Notes: generated by a model from the letters alone, not told the origin. 64,000 nucleotides of DNA from Opitutales bacterium (GCA_051117635.1 JBNPEH010000014.1:2786-66785); one strand, 5' to 3'. Positions 54,909-64,000 are shown, numbered from the stretch's first letter. Translations and numbers: made by a program.

Positions 54909-55685
54909 TCAGTGGGCGCGCTCTTCCACGCTGCGCAGGGATTGGGAGACGTCCTTTACCAGGGAGAGGTATTCCATCGACTCGCGCAATTCGGCCGTCC
55001 GCGGAAAGGGGAAATCCACCGGCACGACCTCGTGGATGCGCCCGGGGTTCGCGCTCAGGACGATGATGCGGGTGGACAGAAACACCGCCTCCGAGACGGA
55101 GTGGGTGACAAAAAAACCGGTCCAGTTGTCACGGGCTCGGATTTCCAGCAGGTCTTCGTTGAGCTGGTCGCGCGTCATTTCGTCGAGCGCGCCAAAGGGC
55201 TCGTCCAGCAGCATGACCTTCGGGGAAAGACTGAGCGCCCGGGCGATGGAGGTACGCATTTTCATGCCCCCCGACAGCTGCCGGGGATAGGCGTGCTGGA
55301 CGTGTTTGAGCTTTACCAGACCGAGGAGGTCCTCCGCGATTCTGGCGCGCTTCTCCCTGGGTTCGCCCCGCAGCCGGAGCAGCATCTCGATGTTTTTCTG
55401 GACGGTGAGCCAGGGCAGCAGCGTCGCCTCCTGAAAGACGAAGGCCATTTCCTCGCGCGCGTTCTCGGGCGTCATCCCGTCGATAACAATGCTGCCCTCG
55501 GTGATCGGGGTAAGGCCGGCGATCAGTTTCAACAGCGTCGACTTGCCGCAGCCGCTGGGCCCGATGAGCGCGATGAATTCGCCCTTGGCGACATCCAGGT
55601 TGATCTGGTCCAGCACGAGGTCGCCGCCGCCGTAGCTTTTGTCGACGCCCTGGAACTGGACCACGGGAGGAGAGGAAGTCGCCAT
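54909..55685 (-). CDS. ABC transporter ATP-binding protein (NitT/TauT family)
   Basis: Walker [10 protein letters not shown], signature LSGGMKMRTSIARAL, and Walker B VMLLDEPFGALD. Confidence 0.9.
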   Translation of the reverse strand: MATSSPPVVQFQGVDKSYGGGDLVLDQINLDVAKGEFIALIGPSGCGKSTLLKLIAGLTPITEGSIVIDGMTPENAREEMAFVFQEATLLPWLTVQKNIEMLLRLRGEPREKRARIAEDLLGLVKLKHVQHAYPRQLSGGMKMRTSIARALSLSPKVMLLDEPFGALDEMTRDQLNEDLLEIRARDNWTGFFVTHSVSEAVFLSTRIIVLSANPGRIHEVVPVDFPFPRTAELRESMEYLSLVKDVSQSLRSVEERAH

Positions 55686-55722
55686 TGGAAGGGAAATACA
55701 GCTGGTTGGCCGGACCGGTCGG

Positions 55723-57444
55723 TCAGACCCCTGCGGGCAGAATCGGCAGGTGGAGGCAGGAAGGTCGTTGGGCGTCGTGGTAAATCACTTGCAGCGCGCG
55801 TTGAAACTGCTCCGGACCTTCCACGGCCAGCGCGGATGTTCCGGTGTTCGGGTTACGGGCAAGCAAAGGATATGCCGAACTCGCCACGTCGAGCCGCAGT
55901 TGATCCCCCGTTTCCAGGCAGAACGCGATCGGGTCCAGCGCGATTTCCAGCCGGACGGAGCCCCCGGGTCCGGGTGAACCCTGCCGCAGGGGGGCCGCCC
56001 CCAGGGTGAGAAACCGGGCCTTGCCGGCCGGCGTCACGTGGGTCAACCGGACCACGAAGTCGGTGTCCGGCGCGGTACTCGCCACGAACAGCGTGCAGCT
56101 GGGCCGACCCGCCATGCTGACGCGGCTCAGGCCCGGTTCCGCCGTGTAGACAAGCAGATTGTTGCCCTGCTGCATGGCCGCCTGGTCGAAGGGACCGAAG
56201 CCGGTGGCACCGCCGTGATTCCCGCCCGGGGCGACCACCGGCACCTCCGGATCGTAGTTGAACAGGTCTTCCGGGCCGGTGGCTGCCTCGGGGTCGAGCC
56301 GTCCGTCTCCGAAGCGGCTGTTGGCGCGACCCCGGGAGGCCAGGTAAACGGTGCGGGTTTCGGCCTCCGGCGGGGGCCAGACCGTGCTCGTCACCCAGCG
56401 GTTTTCGCCCAGCGAGAAATAGCGGGCGCCGGTCACCGGACCGAGGGCGGGGTCGGGCGGCCGCTCCTTCAGGTGCCGGTCCATGAAAGCGACCAGCAGG
56501 GCGTCCGTGTCCAGCCGGGCGGCCGTGCTGAAATCGCCCGGCCCGACCCGGTTTCCCCAGGGGATATGCACCCAGGGTCCGGCCACCAGGAGCTGATCCC
56601 TGGCGGCCCTCGTTTCGCGCATCGCGGTGTAGCCGTCGACGGTGCCGCGGGCGTAAAAATCGTACCAGCCTCCGATGTGATACATGGGCAGGGCCAGGTC
56701 GTTCACCCGGCGCAACAGGTCGAACGCCGCCCAGTAGCCGTCCTTGTCGGGATGGGTCAGCCAGTCCCGCGCGTAGGCGGGTAGGGCTTCATCCTGAAAT
56801 TCGGCGATCCGGTTGAGCGGGAAACGTCGGTTCAGCGTGCCCGGGCTGCCCCAGCTGGCCTCGAGGGCTCGGTAGGCCTCCCTGGCTCCGGCCCGCCGTG
56901 CGTCCTCGCGCAACATCTGGTTGCCCCAGCTGGTGGTGGTGGCCAGCTGCAGAATGCCGCTTCGGTAAAACCAGCCCGAATACAGGTCGAAGGCGGTCAT
57001 GTGCGGGGCGAGCGCCCTCAGCGGCTCCGGTTTCCGGAGCGCCGCCAGCAGCTGCGTCGAGCCCTGATAGGAAAACCCGTACATGCCGACGCGACCGTTG
57101 CTCTTCGGCAGGCCGGCCGCCCAGTGGACGGTTGCCTCCCCGTCCGCTTCCTCGTTGCGAAAGGCATAAAAGGCGCCGTCGGATCCGCCCCGGCCCCGCA
57201 CGTCCTGGATGACCACGATATATCCCTGGCGGGCGAAGTAGGTCGGGTGCGCGTAGACGACGGTGGAAGCGATGTCGCGGCCGTAGGGCTGGCGCATCAG
57301 CAGGACGGGGTAGGCCCCCGGGGCGGACGGGGTATAAACGTCGGCCGCCAGACGGCAGCCGTCCGGCAGCTCGAGCATGACGCCCGATTCGAAATCGACG
57401 CCATGAAAGGGCGGTTGGTCGAAGCCGCGGCCTATGTGGGACAT
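55723..57444 (-). CDS. CocE/NonD family alpha/beta hydrolase (X-Pro dipeptidyl-peptidase S15-like)
   Basis: LPDGCRLAADVYTPSAPGAYPVLLMRQPYGR start, nucleophile region GMYGFSYQG, and a C-terminal jelly-roll domain of CocE/NonD length (573 aa). Confidence 0.8.
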   Translation of the reverse strand: MSHIGRGFDQPPFHGVDFESGVMLELPDGCRLAADVYTPSAPGAYPVLLMRQPYGRDIASTVVYAHPTYFARQGYIVVIQDVRGRGGSDGAFYAFRNEEADGEATVHWAAGLPKSNGRVGMYGFSYQGSTQLLAALRKPEPLRALAPHMTAFDLYSGWFYRSGILQLATTTSWGNQMLREDARRAGAREAYRALEASWGSPGTLNRRFPLNRIAEFQDEALPAYARDWLTHPDKDGYWAAFDLLRRVNDLALPMYHIGGWYDFYARGTVDGYTAMRETRAARDQLLVAGPWVHIPWGNRVGPGDFSTAARLDTDALLVAFMDRHLKERPPDPALGPVTGARYFSLGENRWVTSTVWPPPEAETRTVYLASRGRANSRFGDGRLDPEAATGPEDLFNYDPEVPVVAPGGNHGGATGFGPFDQAAMQQGNNLLVYTAEPGLSRVSMAGRPSCTLFVASTAPDTDFVVRLTHVTPAGKARFLTLGAAPLRQGSPGPGGSVRLEIALDPIAFCLETGDQLRLDVASSAYPLLARNPNTGTSALAVEGPEQFQRALQVIYHDAQRPSCLHLPILPAGV

Positions 57445-57499
57445 AAGGGGTCAGGCTAAGCGGGACCCGTGCCTGCTTTCCAAGGAAAAGTCGGCTTGT

Positions 57500-58936
57500 T
57501 CAATGCCGGGCTCCGGAAGCGGCATCCCGACCCTCGAACGGGTTGAACGCATAGGTAGCCATTTTGCCCGGGTTGAGGATACCCCGTGGATCGTTTTCCG
57601 CCTTGAGTTCGCGTTTTTCCTCGATGTCCGGATGGGCGCCCCCTTCCTCCAGCTTGTAGGTGTGCGGATTGGCGACGTTGACGCCCAGCTCGTGGCAGGT
57701 GTTCATGATTTCGTTCATCCGTTCCTCGGAGACCCACTTGATGATCGGCAGGGCGCCGACCTGAACCTTGAGCTCATCCATGCGCATCTTAGCATTGCCC
57801 TTGGTCCATTCCAGGTGCCAGAGGATCTCGTCTCCGAATCTGTCCTTGAGGGTCTTCATCTGGTCGCGGAAGTCCACTGGGTCGAAACCGAGCTGCTGGT
57901 ACGTGATGGAGGGATCGACCCCCAGCGCGTGAAGCGTCGTGTGGTTCCAGGTGTAGTCGGTGATGTAAGGCGGTTGCGGGGGATTGCTCCACGGCTGGCT
58001 GTAGGTGCAGGTCATGCCGGCCTGTTTACCGCGGGCCTTCGCCGCTTCCTCCTGTTCCCGGGCAACCAGCAGGAAGACGGCGGCGCAACCCTCGGGCAGG
58101 TATTCCCTGATCGGCACAAAGTAGTCCGGCACCCCGTTTTCGAAACCGGTGACCAGCCGTTTGGGCAGGTTGTCATCCCGGGCGATGGCATCGCCAAATT
58201 CGAGCGCGGTTTCCCAGTCATCCGCCGTGAAGATCATCTGCTGCATCGGGACGGCCTTCCCGAGACGCATCTCGATGCCGACCATGATGCCGGTGGTGCC
58301 GTAGGTGTGCAGCGCCTTGACCGCCTCCCGTTCATGGAAAGTCACCAGTCGCGGCTCCGCCTCGACCGTCAGCAGGGTGACGCTCTTGACGTTGTCGCCC
58401 GTATTGATGCCGCCATGGGTAATGGAACCGATGCCGCCCGATCCACCGCAGAGAAAGCCGCCTATGGACGCCTTGATCCAGGTCGAGGGCAGACAGCGCA
58501 TTTCCAGACCGACGGGATTGGCCAGTTTCTCGATCTTGCTGAGCTTGGCGCCCGGCTCGGCCCTGACCACACCCTCATCCTCGAGAATCTCCGCGTTGTC
58601 CATGCGTGAAAGGTCGATGAGGAGGCCTTTGTACAGGGGGATCATCTGGCCGTAGTTGCCGGTGCCGCTGCCGCGCAGGCTCACCGGCAGGCCTTCCCGA
58701 TGGGCGATCTTCACCACTGCCTTGAGGTCGGCGACCGACCGGGGACGAACCGCGACCGCCGCCGACTTGTTTTCGAGCTTCGGCTTCAGGATCGGTGAAT
58801 ACCAGTAGTAGTCTTTCGACAGTTTGTTCAGGCTTCGCTCGTCGGTCTTCACGCCGGTTTCGCCCAGTATTTCCTGGAGCTCGGCAATGACCGCATCAGA
58901 GGCGTCGGTGGTGTAGGGGGCTTTGGCTTCCGGCAT
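57500..58936 (-). CDS. FAD-linked oxidase (FAD_binding_4 / GlcD-like)
   Basis: PVSLRGSGTGNYGQ FAD-binding motif, a PCMH-type fold pattern, 478 aa. Confidence 0.75.
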   Translation of the reverse strand: MPEAKAPYTTDASDAVIAELQEILGETGVKTDERSLNKLSKDYYWYSPILKPKLENKSAAVAVRPRSVADLKAVVKIAHREGLPVSLRGSGTGNYGQMIPLYKGLLIDLSRMDNAEILEDEGVVRAEPGAKLSKIEKLANPVGLEMRCLPSTWIKASIGGFLCGGSGGIGSITHGGINTGDNVKSVTLLTVEAEPRLVTFHEREAVKALHTYGTTGIMVGIEMRLGKAVPMQQMIFTADDWETALEFGDAIARDDNLPKRLVTGFENGVPDYFVPIREYLPEGCAAVFLLVAREQEEAAKARGKQAGMTCTYSQPWSNPPQPPYITDYTWNHTTLHALGVDPSITYQQLGFDPVDFRDQMKTLKDRFGDEILWHLEWTKGNAKMRMDELKVQVGALPIIKWVSEERMNEIMNTCHELGVNVANPHTYKLEEGGAHPDIEEKRELKAENDPRGILNPGKMATYAFNPFEGRDAASGARH

Positions 58937-59187
58937 GGTTCCATCATTAAGCAGTGAACGTACCTAATCGCGAATGGCTGGCCGGGTTTTGTCTCCGTTC
59001 CCCTGCCTCAAGCGCGCCCTGACCGCGGCGGTCCGGTGCCGCCCGACAGCCTGGACGGCCGGCGCGCCGCCACCGCTTCGATCGAGGAACTCCCGGTGAA
59101 CCGGGCCGTTCGCGAGGGGCCGTCCGCGCTGGCAGGCTTGCTGCTGAATGCTGGCCCTGAACCTGTCCGATCCTTACCCTCCTTTTT

Positions 59188-60006
59188 ATGATACGCATCG
59201 AACAAGAAGACGGCTGGACCCTGATCCGGCATCAGGACCACGCCATCGTGGCCGGCGAATTTGCGCGCCATTGGAACAACCGGCGATTTGGCGCTCCGGA
59301 GCCTTTCGAGCCCGTGCGCCTCGCCGTGGCTTGCCATGATGACAGCTGGGCCGAGCCCGACAGCCAGCCCGGCCTTTATTCAGACGGCACCCCGAGCGCC
59401 TTCTCCGAAGACCTGGTCGGGACCTACGATGCCTTCGAAAACATCGACCTGCCCGCCTACCTCGCCGTCCGCAAGGAGGCCACTGAAGCGGCCGCCCGCC
59501 AGAATCCCTATGCGGCGATCATTGTCTCCATGCACACGGTCAATCTGCTGACCGAGCAGGCGGACCTCGACAGCCTGACGGAGGAGCAGAAGCCGGTGCA
59601 CGCCGCCTTCATCGAGGGACAGCTCCAGCGACAGGCGGAACTGGCCGCGATATGCAAACAGGATCCCGCCCTCGAACCCTATGCCGATCAGGCCCACTTC
59701 CAGCGCGCTTTCGAATTCCTGCAGGCCTGCGACAGCCTCAGCCTCATGTGCTGCACCGCCTTCAGCAAGCCGACCGCGCTCCGGCATACGCATCCGGACA
59801 GCAGCGGCGAGCGGGTGGAGATCCAGGTCCTGCCGCAAGGCGGAGGGACCTTCCGGTTGTCCCCCTCGCCCTTCGATGAACCGGAGCTGACCGTTTCCAT
59901 CCCCTGCCGGTTCGTGAAGGGCAAAGCCTTTTCCTCGGATGCGGATCTCCGCGAGCGCTACCACGCCGCCGAGCCGTCGGCCCTCGACTGCGTGATCACC
60001 GCCTGA
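59188..60006 (+). CDS. Conserved hypothetical protein (DUF3891-like)
   Basis: The N-terminus MIRIEQEDGWTLIRHQDHAIVAGEFARHW resembles the DUF3891 family start as I recall it. Clear coding periodicity. The stop lies 12 nt before the next gene. Confidence 0.6.
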   Translation: MIRIEQEDGWTLIRHQDHAIVAGEFARHWNNRRFGAPEPFEPVRLAVACHDDSWAEPDSQPGLYSDGTPSAFSEDLVGTYDAFENIDLPAYLAVRKEATEAAARQNPYAAIIVSMHTVNLLTEQADLDSLTEEQKPVHAAFIEGQLQRQAELAAICKQDPALEPYADQAHFQRAFEFLQACDSLSLMCCTAFSKPTALRHTHPDSSGERVEIQVLPQGGGTFRLSPSPFDEPELTVSIPCRFVKGKAFSSDADLRERYHAAEPSALDCVITA

Positions 60007-60018
60007 TTGGTTCCGGTT

Positions 60019-61035
60019 ATGACCCGATTGTTCCTTCTTTCCCTGACCGGGCTGACGCTCGCCTTCGCTGGCTGCGGTTCCGAACCGGCGGCAGAAACCT
60101 CGACCGCGCAACCGGATGCCGCCACCCGTTCGGAAGCAGACCTTCAGCCGGTCCTGATGCAGCTCGACTGGATCCACAACGCTCAGTTCGCGGGCATTTA
60201 TCAGGCGGTCGAGCAGGGTTTCTACGCCGACGCCGGATTCGCGGTGGAAATCCGCACCGCGCCGAAAAGCCGGTCGGTGGTGGAAAGTGTCGCCGACTAC
60301 GACGGCCTCGCGATTGGCAGCTCGGAGAGTAACGTCCTCCTGGTGGCCCGGGCTGAGGGTCAGCCTGTCGTGGCGTTGGCCACCATGTTTCAGGACAGTC
60401 CGATGGGGTGGGCCTATCTCGAGGAATCGGGAATCGAGGGTGTGGAAGACTTTGCAGGCAAAACCATCGGCATCCACGCCGACGGGGAGAAGGTCATCGA
60501 CATCGCCCTGGCGGCCAACGGCCTGACGCGGAACAACCTCACCTTCGAGAAAGTCGGCTGGGACCCCGTCATCGTGGCCAAGGGCGAGGTCGACCTGATG
60601 CAGGTCTACGTCATCGACGAGTTTGTGAAATTGCAGCTCATGACCGACGGCGGGGCCGGGATCGTCATGGCCAAAGACAACGGCTACCTCGCCTATTCCC
60701 AGGTCATGTTTGCGATGGAAGACGATGTGGCTGCCTACCCGGCCGCGATCGCCGCCTTCCTGAAGGCGACGCAACAGGGCTGGGAATACGCCGCCGCCCA
60801 CCAGGCGGAGACCGTCGACCTGATCATCAGCGAATACAATCCTGAGTTGGATCCCGCCTATCAACGGGCCTCCCTTGCCGAGGTCATCAACCTGGTGAAA
60901 CCCGACGGTCGCACTGCCCTCGCTCCCATGGATCCCGAAAAATGGGCCGCCAGCATGGCCCTTTTTCAGGAACACGGCATCATCGAAGACCCCGTTGACC
61001 TCCAGAAGCTGCTGAATTTCAGCCTGAACCCGTGA
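60019..61035 (+). CDS. ABC transporter substrate-binding lipoprotein, NMT1/THI5-like (orphan second copy)
   Basis: Lipobox LTLAFAGC, then LMQLDWIHNAQFAGIYQAVEQGFYADAGFAV, parallel to the binding protein at 53036..54091. Confidence 0.8.
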   Translation: MTRLFLLSLTGLTLAFAGCGSEPAAETSTAQPDAATRSEADLQPVLMQLDWIHNAQFAGIYQAVEQGFYADAGFAVEIRTAPKSRSVVESVADYDGLAIGSSESNVLLVARAEGQPVVALATMFQDSPMGWAYLEESGIEGVEDFAGKTIGIHADGEKVIDIALAANGLTRNNLTFEKVGWDPVIVAKGEVDLMQVYVIDEFVKLQLMTDGGAGIVMAKDNGYLAYSQVMFAMEDDVAAYPAAIAAFLKATQQGWEYAAAHQAETVDLIISEYNPELDPAYQRASLAEVINLVKPDGRTALAPMDPEKWAASMALFQEHGIIEDPVDLQKLLNFSLNP

Positions 61036-61118
61036 GGGGAATGATCATAGTCCGTCTCGCCGGTCTGGCAGGGCCGGCGCTTGTGCTGCGCCGCCTTTGC
61101 GCTGGCATGCGCCGTTGA

Positions 61119-62522
61119 ATGCACGATGCAGCGGTCCGCCCGTTATTCTTCACCGTCCCCATGGCCCTTTTCCAAAATGCGTCGGTTCCGGTCGCCTGTC
61201 TGCCGCCGGATTTCCCCCGGCCCGACGGGTTCGACCCCCAGCTCGATCCCAGTGTCCGCGTGGATTTCCGGACCGATGCCGAGCGCATCCGCGAGGTCTT
61301 CCCGGCCGGCCGGACCGGTCCGGCCGAAGGCGAAACCGCCCACGACCTGGCAGGCACCCAGTGCTGGCCAGGCCTTCTCGATGTCCATGTCCACCTCGAC
61401 AAGGCCCATTCCTGGGACCGCGCGCCCAACCGCCGCGGCGAGTTCTGGGATGCCATCTACCTGCTGCGTCGCGACAAAGACAACTGGACCGCCGATGATG
61501 TCCGGCGCCGCGCGCAGTTTTCGCTCGAATCAGCCTGGGCGCACGGGTCGACCGCCGTTCGGACCCACATCGATGTCGGCATGGATTTCGGGGAGAGCAG
61601 TCTGGCCGTGATGGCCGAACTCCGCGCCGCCTGGGACGGTCGGATCTCCCTCCAGACGGTGACCCTTTCCGGCCTCGAAGACTTTGCCCGGGGAGCGGGG
61701 GAGGCCATCGCCGCCAAGGCCAGGGCCCATGGCGTGACGGCTCTGGGTGTCATGCCCATCACCAATCCCGATTTGCCCGGGCAGTGGGACCGCTTCCTGG
61801 CCATCGCCCGGGATCACGGGCTGGGGGTCGACTGTCATGTCGACGAAAACGGCGATCCCGGGGCGCGTTGCCTCGACGCGCTGGCGGAGTCGGTCCTGCG
61901 CACCGGGTTCGACCTCCCCGTTGCCAGTGGCCACAATTGCAGCCTGGCCGTGCAACCGCCGGACCGGCAGCGCGAAACCCTCGCCAAGGTCAGGGACGCC
62001 GGGATCGACATCATTTCCCTGCCGCTCTGCAACCTCTACCTGCAGGACCGGCGACGCGAATCGACTGCCGGCGTGCAGGCCGGTCCGGACACCGAACCCG
62101 ATTTCGACGCTCCGCTCGGACCGCCGGAAACCCCGCGTTGGCGGGGCATCACCCTGCTGCACGAGTTCATGGAAGCCGGGGTAACGACCGCCGTGGCCAG
62201 CGACAACGTGCGCGACGCCTTTTATGCCTATGGCGATCTCGACGCCTTCGAGGTCTGGCTCTTTACCCACCGGCTGGCCCACCTGGACCTCAATCTCGCC
62301 CGTTCTCCCGAAACCGTGACCACCGCCCCGGCCCGTATCATGGGCCTGGATACGGATCATGGGGTCATTGGCCCCGGTGCCCGGGCCGACCTTATCGTAT
62401 TTCCCGGTCGCCGGACACTCAGCCACCTCCTCAGCCGGCCCTGGGAGCCGCGCCGCCTGATCCGCGGCGAGGGCTTTCGCGAGCCCGAGCTGCCCGACTA
62501 CGACCGCGTGGCGCCGGGCTGA
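61119..62522 (+). CDS. Cytosine deaminase-like metal-dependent amidohydrolase (CodA/AtzC-type)
   Basis: LLDVHVHLDK metal-binding HxH motif, VRTHIDV, VDCHVDE, ASGHNCSL and ASDNVRDAFY blocks, collinear with E. coli CodA as I recall it. The start is uncertain (61119 or MALFQ at 61161). Confidence 0.8.
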   Translation: MHDAAVRPLFFTVPMALFQNASVPVACLPPDFPRPDGFDPQLDPSVRVDFRTDAERIREVFPAGRTGPAEGETAHDLAGTQCWPGLLDVHVHLDKAHSWDRAPNRRGEFWDAIYLLRRDKDNWTADDVRRRAQFSLESAWAHGSTAVRTHIDVGMDFGESSLAVMAELRAAWDGRISLQTVTLSGLEDFARGAGEAIAAKARAHGVTALGVMPITNPDLPGQWDRFLAIARDHGLGVDCHVDENGDPGARCLDALAESVLRTGFDLPVASGHNCSLAVQPPDRQRETLAKVRDAGIDIISLPLCNLYLQDRRRESTAGVQAGPDTEPDFDAPLGPPETPRWRGITLLHEFMEAGVTTAVASDNVRDAFYAYGDLDAFEVWLFTHRLAHLDLNLARSPETVTTAPARIMGLDTDHGVIGPGARADLIVFPGRRTLSHLLSRPWEPRRLIRGEGFREPELPDYDRVAPG

Positions 62523-62537
62523 CGCGTGGCAGGTGGC

Positions 62538-62746
62538 CTAAGGCGTGTTCGAAAAGTCTTCTTGGAGTCGCGAACGCCGGCCGACCTGTCCGTCATAGCC
62601 ATTTGAGCGCCGGCGGAAGAGCCGGCGTCTCCATGGAGTGGCGGGCTCTACCCCGTCCGCCGAAGCTTTTTGCGTAGGAGGAGGCCCGCCAAACGCGAAA
62701 AAGCCGTCCTTTTTCCGCTTATCTCGACTTTTCAAACACGCCTTAA
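62538..62746. repeat. 209-bp unit bounded by 21-bp inverted repeats, sharing an end motif with repeat copy B
   Basis: ctaaggcgtgttcgaaaagtc (62538-62558) versus gacttttcaaacacgccttaa (62726-62746), 19/21 complementary. The interior contains ccgccgaagctttttgcgtaggaggaggcccg, an inverted relative of the cgggacttcctcctacgccaaggctacggcgg core of the 400-bp repeat. Confidence 0.65.
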
Positions 62747-63142
62747 CCCGAATTCCTCACCAGAACCGGAAAAAATGGCAGTAAATAGTTGGAAGTAAGG
62801 GATTTCCAGCATTTCTTCGAAGTGCACGTTCGGGGTAATCCCATCTTTTCCGATTCTTTTCGCCCACAGGCGCGATCTGCGGCGTGTTATTCTTGCTGCG
62901 CTCGTTGAGGTGTCGCCCTGCGGGCTCGGCAGTCGGGCTGGAAACCGCCTGGTTGCGCACGCCAGTGCGCGCCCAACCGCTTTCGCCCTCCCGCCGTCAC
63001 CCTCCGGGTTATGGCGGACACGCCGCCTTCCGCCGTCGTCCCGCCTGGCGGGACTTCCTCCTACGCCAAGGCTACGGCGGACATGATGGCGGACAGGTGC
63101 AGCTCATCCCATCTGGGCTTCATGAGAAATCCGGGTTAAGGC
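62740..63142. repeat. Copy B of the ~400-bp hairpin-rich repeat with terminal inverted repeats
   Basis: The 20-bp ends gccttaacccgaattcctca (62740-62759) and tgagaaatccgggttaaggc (63123-63142) are 18/20 inverted. The interior is collinear with 20270-20667. Confidence 0.75.
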
Positions 63143-63231
63143 AGCCGGGGGGTCTCCGAACCCGGTGTCCATTGGCCGTGCCCGCCTCCCTGCACTTGCA
63201 ATGCGGGCCTTGCTGCGAAAGGCTGCGCACC

Positions 63232-64000
63232 ATGCGCGTATCCCTGCTTTCGGATGAAAAACGACCCGGCTTGCTGAAGCGGCTGCAGGGCATGGGCCTG
63301 CGCGTGCAGATGGATCCACCGGAAAAGATCCAGACCCTGAGCAAGGAGAGCACGGATCTGGTTTACTTTGTTCCCTTTTCGCTGACCGAAACGGAAGACT
63401 GGTTCGAACACCGGGTCAGCCTGGCTCGGGCCAGCCGCTATTATGTCGTCTTTGGCGACAACCTGAGCACCGCCCGAATCATGGATGCGGCGCGCGATGG
63501 CGCGCATGATGTCGTCGATGAGCGGGATGACGACCAACGCATTGCGAGCGCTCTCGACCAGGCGGCCAACGCACAGGACCTCTGGTGGCAACTGTACGGG
63601 GGAAAGGGTGAGATTTCGGAAGAAAAACTGGTCGGGCGGAGCCCGGCCATGCGTGCCTTGCGTGAATCGGTCCAGCGCATCGGCCCGACTGAAGCGACGG
63701 TATTGATCATGGGTGAGAGCGGCACCGGCAAGGAACGCGTGGCCGAAGCGGTTCAACTGGCTTACGGTCGGGGACCGCTGGTTACCGTGAACTGCGCCGC
63801 AATTCCCTCCGAGCTGATGGAGGCGGAGTTGTTTGGCGTCGAGAAAGGGGCCTACACCGGCGCGCACAAGACCAAGTCCGGCCTGGTTGAGGAGGCGACC
63901 GATGGGATCCTGTTTCTCGACGAGATCGGCGAGATGGATATCAGCCTCCAGCCGAAGCTGCTCCGTTTCCTGGAAACAAAGATCGCCCGTCGCGTCGGGT
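63232..64000 (+). CDS. Sigma-54-dependent transcriptional activator with atypical N-terminal receiver-like domain, 3' end beyond the window
   Basis: Absent from the ORF track because no stop is reached. My own translation from ATG 63232 reads MRVSLLSDEKRPGLLKRLQGMGL... then LVGRSPAMRALRESVQRIGPTEATVLIMGESGTGKERVAEAV, NCAAIPSELMEAELFGVEKGAYTGA and ILFLDEIGEM, which are the AAA+ sigma-54 interaction motifs. Confidence 0.85.
   Translation, partial: MRVSLLSDEKRPGLLKRLQGMGLRVQMDPPEKIQTLSKESTDLVYFVPFSLTETEDWFEHRVSLARASRYYVVFGDNLSTARIMDAARDGAHDVVDERDDDQRIASALDQAANAQDLWWQLYGGKGEISEEKLVGRSPAMRALRESVQRIGPTEATVLIMGESGTGKERVAEAVQLAYGRGPLVTVNCAAIPSELMEAELFGVEKGAYTGAHKTKSGLVEEATDGILFLDEIGEMDISLQPKLLRFLETKIARRVG

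Noticed and set aside
58937-59187. Possible riboswitch (guanidine/ykkC- or TPP-type) in the divergent region controlling the FAD oxidase/ABC operon and the DUF3891-like gene.
   Set aside because: Reading both strands, I could not find the conserved cores I remember for these classes (for example CUGAGA...ACCUGA for TPP, or the ACGR/GGGA blocks of ykkC). This would need an Infernal scan to settle.

Overview
The window is visibly GC-rich and gene-dense, with about 50 protein genes, one tRNA, no rRNA, no CRISPR array and no intact transposase or integrase. The gene content (tandem ADOP-type MacB-like permeases, a TonB2/Ttp-type energizer cluster, a Wza/Wzc export set, sigma-54 regulators) suggests a Verrucomicrobiota/Opitutae-like chromosome; that assignment is inference only.

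Gene order, left to right:
- OleC-like AMP-ligase (cut by the window edge), OleD-like reductase and a hotdog thioesterase.
- Two RNA methyltransferases, an RmlD-like reductase, hisC and a CorC/CNNM transporter.
- A polysaccharide export set: TPR protein, beta-barrel OMP, Wza-like protein and Wzc-like tyrosine autokinase.
- sua5/tsaC, a short rpsR and tRNA-Arg(CCU).
- A xanthine-dehydrogenase-family enzyme (FAD subunit plus a fused 2Fe-2S/Moco subunit) with a coupled unknown ORF.
- A single 1041-aa E1alpha-E1beta-lipoyl-E2 2-oxoacid dehydrogenase fusion.
- A LuxR-type response regulator convergent with a 1376-aa propeller/Y_Y_Y hybrid kinase.
- A two-gene cassette: a 74-aa signal-peptide-bearing peptide plus a minimal stand-alone YcaO.
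- A decaying MacAB-like efflux locus (truncated third permease, two ADOP permeases, ATPase, frameshifted adaptor) downstream of an NtrB/NtrC-type pair.
- A purine-nucleoside-permease-family protein.
- A DUF3450/TtpC-like/ExbB/ExbD/ExbD/TonB/TPR cluster and a TonB-dependent receptor.
- An amide/heterocycle catabolic island: formamidase, NitT/TauT ABC system, CocE/NonD hydrolase, FAD oxidase, DUF3891-like protein, a second binding protein and a CodA-like amidohydrolase.
- A partial sigma-54 activator at the right edge.

The most novel-looking items are the peptide+YcaO cassette, the all-in-one E1-E2 fusion, and a roughly 400-bp hairpin-rich repeat with terminal inverted repeats. That repeat occurs twice and shows compensatory stem changes between the copies.
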